In this document: one piece after another, positions 22,253 through 27,695 of the stretch
Numbering within the stretch: the stretch's first letter is position 1
Layout of the letters: every line of letters starts with the position of its first letter
Assembly (NCBI RefSeq): GCF_006345805.1
Contig: NW_021833513.1
Span: 1 to 27,695, forward strand
Direction of reading: 5' to 3'
Length of the DNA stretch: 27,695 nucleotides
Origin: Octopus sinensis
Lineage: Eukaryota
The notes under the pieces: generated by a model
Databases searched by the model: none
Seen by the model: the letters and a program-made list of their open reading frames with translations, nothing else
Told to the model about the DNA's origin: nothing
Position numbers and translations under genes: made by a program

Positions 22253-22540
22253 TGCACTCACCTCCTCCTTTTGCACTCACCTCCTCCTTCTTGCACTCAC
22301 CTCCACCTTCTTGCACTCACCTCCACCTTCTTGCACTCACCTCCTCCTTCTTGCACTCATCTCCTCCTTGCACTCACCTCCTCCTTCTTGCACTCACCTC
22401 CACCTTCTTGCACTCACCTCCACCTTCTTGCACTCACCTCCTCCTTCTTGCACTCATCTCCTCCTTGCACTCATCTCCTCCTTCTTGCACTCACCTCCTC
22501 CTTCTTGCACTCACCTCCTCCTTCTCGCACTCATCCTCCT
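22253..22540. repeat. 20-bp minisatellite (TTGCACTCACCTCCTCCTTC), ~14 copies
   Basis: Visible directly. Confidence 0.92.
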
Positions 22541-22753
22541 CGCTCTCCTATTCTTTTCACACCCCTTTCCTTTCCCACTCCTCGCACTATTCCTTGTCGC
22601 ACTCCTCCTCCTTCTCACACTCGACCTCCTCCTCACATTGCTACTGATCCTCTTCCTCCCCTCCTCTCTTCCTCACTATTTCCCTTTTACCCCCCGCCCC
22701 CACTCACATTTCTCCCCTTTCTCTAATAACTTTTCTATTTCTACTTCCTACAG

Positions 22754-23027
22754 AAATATCCCGTGCCTCAGCAAACACTTCGGCGAGAGGGACTCGCGCC
22801 ACACACGCTACGGAGTCACAAGCACCGGGAATTCGACAGCTGTGCCGCTACAAATACAACCATCACAGTCACGCCCTCAATATTCAGCCTGTTCTCGTTT
22901 AAATGCTAAGCAGCCGACACAGACTTTATACAATTCTACCAACCCCAAGGCCGTGACGACCGTTTCTCCCAAGAGTCATTCTATTTTGATGAAAACAATG
23001 GTTGTTCATTTAGATGACGCGTCATAG
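22754..23027 (+). CDS. CCAP-R: CCAP/NPS-type GPCR terminal coding exon (C-terminal tail)
   Basis: Pyrimidine tract plus CTACAG acceptor; phase 2 matches the preceding donor; NIPCLSKHFG... Ser/Thr-rich tail; TAG at 23025-23027. Confidence 0.85.
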
Positions 23028-23419
23028 AAAGACATTCACAGCGAAGAAGAGAGCGATATTATCATCTAAAACATCGTACATTATTTCATTGAATTTTGTC
23101 TTATTCTTTAAAAAATATTGTATACTATTAAGTGTCAAAAGTTTTCATACAACATCTCTATCTAATTACAGATTAAATTAGGTTAAAACAGTCATTCATG
23201 TATCATATTTAATGCAGATATGTAATGATAGGTTATTGATAACGCCTAATGACGCAGAAATGCATTCAACGTTTTCATTCACCGCTGCTCAGACGAGTTT
23301 CGCTTCTCTCTCTGTTATGTACGTTTGAAACACGGCGCATCCATAGGAGACACTGTTTTCGGACGAATACCACAGTTCATTTTGCTTATCACAATATATC
23401 TACATCACATAAATGGCTA

Positions 23420-23832
23420 TACCTACCTACATACCAACCTACTTATATACCTACCTACTTACCTACCTACCTACCTACCTACCTACCTACCTACCTACCT
23501 ACTTACCTACTTACCTACCTACTGCTTACAAACAAACATTCATAATACATACATACATACATACATACATACATACATACATACATAAATACATACATAC
23601 ATACATACATACATACATACATAAATATATACATAGATAAATATACACATACATACATACATACATACTTACATACATACATACATACATATATACATGC
23701 ATGCATGCATACATACATACATACATACGTACATACATACACACATACATACATACATACATACATACACACACACACATACATAGATACATAGATACAT
23801 ACATACATACATACATACATACACACACACAT

Positions 23833-23864
<32 letters not shown>

Positions 23865-23872
23865 TCATACAT
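23420..23872. repeat. (CTAC)n and (ATAC)n microsatellites
   Basis: Visible directly. Confidence 0.95.
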
Positions 23873-23929
23873 ACATTTCGTTCATCTCTCAAATTTATCC
23901 TTGAATTCTGTCTTCTAAGCGGTCGGAAT

Positions 23930-24270
23930 ACAACAGCAGCAACAGCAACGACAACAGCACCAATAACAACATCAATACCACTACAACTACCGCCACCACC
24001 ACCACCACCACCACTACCACTACCATCACCACCATCACCACCTCTGCCACCGCTGCCGCCACTATCACTACTACCACCACCTACACCGCCGCCGTCTTCG
24101 TCACCACCACCACCACCACCATCACCACCACCACCACTGTCATGGCCGCCGCTGCTACCATTACCACCACCACCACCATTTCCGTCTTCGTCACCCCCAC
24201 CGACTCCGCTGTCGTCGCTGCCGCTGCTTCAGCTGCCACCACCACCACCACCATCACCATCACCACCAAT

Positions 24271-24328
<58 letters not shown>

Positions 24329-24375
24329 GCTGTTGTTGCTGTTGCTCTGCTGCTCCACACACACACACACACACC
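23930..24375. repeat. Compound trinucleotide tract (ACC/GCC, TAC, TGY) plus (CA)n
   Basis: Visible directly. Confidence 0.9.
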
Positions 24376-24721
24376 ACACACGAGTTACTCCGACGGCCAT
24401 TGAAATCCTAATCCCTGTTTGTAAGGAAAGATTTGTTAAAATAAATAAAAATTACTTTGTTTCTAGAATTGAGTTTAATTCCCGTTATTGCATTCTTTCA
24501 GAGTCTTTGATGACGAAGTTGATCTAAATTGAATGGTTTGGGAGTTCGTTTCCCCTGGCTGGCATCCTGTCATGTTTCTCTAACTTCGGATTGCTTCACA
24601 CCTTGCGATTAGAAATGGATTGAGGGGAAAAACATACGGAAGCTCTTACGGTGGATTGTACCCGTAAGCCAAAAGGGACAGCCTTTTCGCACATTGTGTC
24701 TGATTCTACCCGAGAATTCGA

Positions 24722-24862
24722 TTTCGGGGTCGGTCATCCTTTCGGGGTCGATTAAATAAGTACCAGTTACGCACTGGGGTCGATATAATCAACTTAATCC
24801 GTTTGTCTGTCCTTGTTTGTCCCCTCTATGTTTAGCCCCTTGTGGGTAGTAAAGAAATAGGT
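24722..24862 (+). mobile_element. SINE family 2, 3' fragment
   Basis: Matches the 5180-5939 body. Confidence 0.85.
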
Positions 24863-24970
24863 ACATATGTCAATGGAATATTAACACTTTAAATAAACCA
24901 TTATTATCCAGTGTCGACAGCGGCAAGCTCGCAGAATCATTATCCGCCGGGTAATATAATATATATATTA

Positions 24971-25110
24971 TTTCTTTAACTACCCACAAGGGCTAACACA
25001 GAGGGACAAACAAGGACAGACAACGGATTAAGTCGATTACATCGACCCCGTGGGTAACTGGTACTTATTTAATCGACCCCGAAAGGATGAAAGGCAAAGT
25101 CGACCTCGGC
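24971..25110 (-). mobile_element. SINE family 2, 3' fragment, inverted
   Basis: Reverse complement of the family 2 body. Confidence 0.85.
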
Positions 25111-25124
25111 CATATATCCATATA

Positions 25125-25670
<546 letters not shown>

Positions 25671-25772
25671 TAAGTTCAGTAAAATTTAGATTCTGTTGAA
25701 TATGGTACTTAAGTTAAAGGCACCAGAATTTAGTATGGTATTATCTATATAATTCAAATGGGGGGATTATAA

Positions 25773-25840
25773 TCAAAATAAGCAACAAGGATATCCAGAA
25801 GTAGTGCATTACCTCTGGATATCCTTGTTGCTTATTTTGA
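25773..25840. repeat. Perfect hairpin with 27-bp arms
   Basis: TCAAAATAAGCAACAAGGATATCCAGA pairs with TCTGGATATCCTTGTTGCTTATTTTGA. Confidence 0.9.
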
Positions 25841-25922
25841 CTATATATATATATATATATATAAATATATTATATATATATATATATATAATATAATATA
25901 TATATATTATATATATATTATC

Positions 25923-26214
25923 AATACAATAAGAGGCTTCCAAATAGGAAAGCCTTGTGCTAGAAAGAACAGTAGAAAACTCAAAACCACCAAATAAGGA
26001 TAAATTTTCGAAAGGAATGGAAATTAAAAACGTTTACCATCTCAATTATTTCCCAGACCATGGTTTCTAACTATTTCCAGCAACAAAATAATTGAGACGG
26101 TAAACGTTTTTAATTTTCATTCCTTTCGAAAATTTATCCTTATTTGGTGGTTTTCAGTTTTCTACTGCTCTTTCTAGCACAAGGCTTTCCTATTTGGAAG
26201 CCTCTTATTGTATT
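25923..26214. mobile_element. MITE-like fold-back with 129-bp arms
   Basis: 25923-26051 pairs with 26086-26214. Confidence 0.85.
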
Positions 26215-26304
26215 TCTATGTGAATAATATACAGTCTAATGACTAATTCGTTTTTGTACTAGGCCACTGGTAATAATACGTTCTTATTACCCTATTGTTA
26301 TATA

Positions 26305-26705
26305 TACTCTTTTACTTGCTTCAGTCATTTGACCGCGCCATGCTGGAGCACCGCCTTTAGTAGAGCAAATCGACCCCGGGACTTATTCTTTGTAAGCCCA
26401 GTACTTATTCTATCGGTCTCTTTTGCCGAACCGCTAAGTGAGGGCGACGTAAACACACCAGCATCGGTTGTCAAGCAGCAATGCTAGGGGGACAAACACA
26501 GACACACAAACATATACACACACACTTATATATATATACATATATACGACAGGCTTCTTTCAGTTTCCGTCTACCAAATCCACTCACATGGCATTGGTCG
26601 GCCCGGGGCTATAGCAGAAGACACTTGCCCAAGGTGCCACGCAGTGGGACTGAACCCGGAACCATGTGGTTGGTAAGCAAGCTACTTACCACACAGCCAC
26701 TCCTG
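26305..26705 (-). mobile_element. SINE family 1
   Basis: Reverse-complement full copy. Confidence 0.92.
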
Positions 26706-26794
26706 TATATATATATATATTTATATATACATGTATCCACAGATACACACGCAGACATACATATTACAGTGAAGTGATAAATTAAATGCAAACG

Positions 26795-26841
26795 TTTATT
26801 GATAAACGAACTCAATACAAATCGACAGTACCAAATTTATT
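26795..26841 (-). terminator. Candidate polyadenylation signals of the protease gene (two AATAAA)
   Basis: TTTATT on the + strand at 26795-26800 and 26836-26841, about 155-200 nt past the stop codon. Confidence 0.5.
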
Positions 26842-26994
26842 CTATATAAATGTTGCGTGTTATTTTTTAATTCCTCCTCTCAAGGCTTATTGGAATAGGA
26901 AAGAAAAAAAGAAAAGGAAGTGGGGAGAACGAAAATTAGAAAGAGTAGACAATGTGTGAGAAAGAAGAGCAAGGGAGCATGCGCAGCATCAGTT

Positions 26995-27153
26995 TTAGAC
27001 ATTTGTATGTTTTTTGATGAAGTCTTCAAAGTGTTTCACTCGAACGAATACGCCAAATCCTTGATCGCAATTGTAGCCAAAGGAAGCGATTCCAGCCAAG
27101 ATATATTTCGAGTCCGCCTTCCGTTTACACATCAGACCGGTTCCTGAGTCACC
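26995..27153 (-). CDS. Trypsin-family (S1A) serine protease, terminal exon containing the catalytic Ser
   Basis: - strand acceptor TTTTTCGTTTCTATTCCAG| then GDSGTGLMCKRKADSKYILAGIASFGYNCDQGFGVFVRVKHFEDFIKKHTNV*; has GDS, LMC, GIASFG..C and GVF.RV motifs. Confidence 0.9.
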   Translation of the reverse strand, partial: GDSGTGLMCKRKADSKYILAGIASFGYNCDQGFGVFVRVKHFEDFIKKHTNV

Positions 27154-27197
27154 CTGGAATAGAAACGAAAAAGAAAAAAAGAAAATTAAAAAGATAC

Positions 27198-27695
27198 TCC
27201 AGTCTCAAGTTAATCACAGAACTTGAGGCGATCCAACGAAGCTACACGAAGAAGATAGCCTCTGTGCAGCATATAAGCTACTGGGAAAGACTCAAGAGAT
27301 TAAGACTCTATTCATTAGAGCGTAGGCGAGAAAGATATGCCATAATATACATCTGGAAGATCCTACAAGGACTTGTCCCAAACTTTGGCATCGAGAGTTA
27401 CACAAATGCCAGAACTGGGCGCCACTGCATAGTGCCAAGGACTCCAAATTTGCCATCAAGATGTAGGACAAGATACTGTGATAGCCTGGGTTTCAGAGGC
27501 CCACAGCTCTTCAATATCCTCCCGAAGAACCTGAGAGACCTGCATGGGGTGGATGCAGATGTCTTCAAAATAAAACTGGATCTCTTCCTGTCAGGTGTCC
27601 AGATGAACCAACTTCACGGCAGGAGGTGAAGATGAGGCCAGCTGCATCGAACTCTCTCATGCACCAAATGGCAGTTGCTAAAAAGCATTCGTGAG
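27198..27695 (+). mobile_element. 5'-truncated CR1/L2-type LINE, C-terminus of ORF2
   Basis: ELEAIQRSYTKKI...YWERLKRLRLYSLERRRERY...F..RGPQLFNILP...FKIKLDLFL; 1-bp frameshift near 27600 (GV-P-DEP); stop at 27692-27694. Confidence 0.9.

Noticed and set aside
22252-22753. Long ORFs through the 20-bp minisatellite as part of the GPCR
   Set aside because: Low-complexity translation; a proper in-phase acceptor exists at 22753.
26920-27147. + strand 75-aa ORF
   Set aside because: Antisense shadow of the protease exon; starts at a non-ATG codon.

Overview
Eukaryotic, AT-rich, microsatellite- and SINE-dense DNA; the repeat families look like those of Octopus (inferred from recalled repeat sequence, not from a search). 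Two convergent partial genes are present. On the + strand are the last five coding exons (TM4 to C-terminus) of a CCAP/neuropeptide-S-type class A GPCR (10760-23027), with frame-consistent splice phases; its 5' exons were not found and probably lie upstream. On the - strand is the terminal exon of a trypsin-family serine protease (27153-26995), which the ORF track missed. The rest is intronic or intergenic repeat: a ~33x137-bp satellite built from a SINE 3' end with higher-order structure, a TSD-flanked SINE concatemer, a 22x58-bp minisatellite, three tRNA-derived SINE families, fold-back/MITE-like elements, decayed Penelope-like (PLE) protein fragments and a truncated CR1-type LINE. The most interesting candidates are PLE-type minimal hammerhead-like motifs in sense orientation within GPCR introns (a tandem pair at 11149-11414 and a degenerate one at 15093-15173), and repeated head-less tandemisation of SINE 3' modules. 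Scattered indels in the arrays suggest imperfect long-read consensus.
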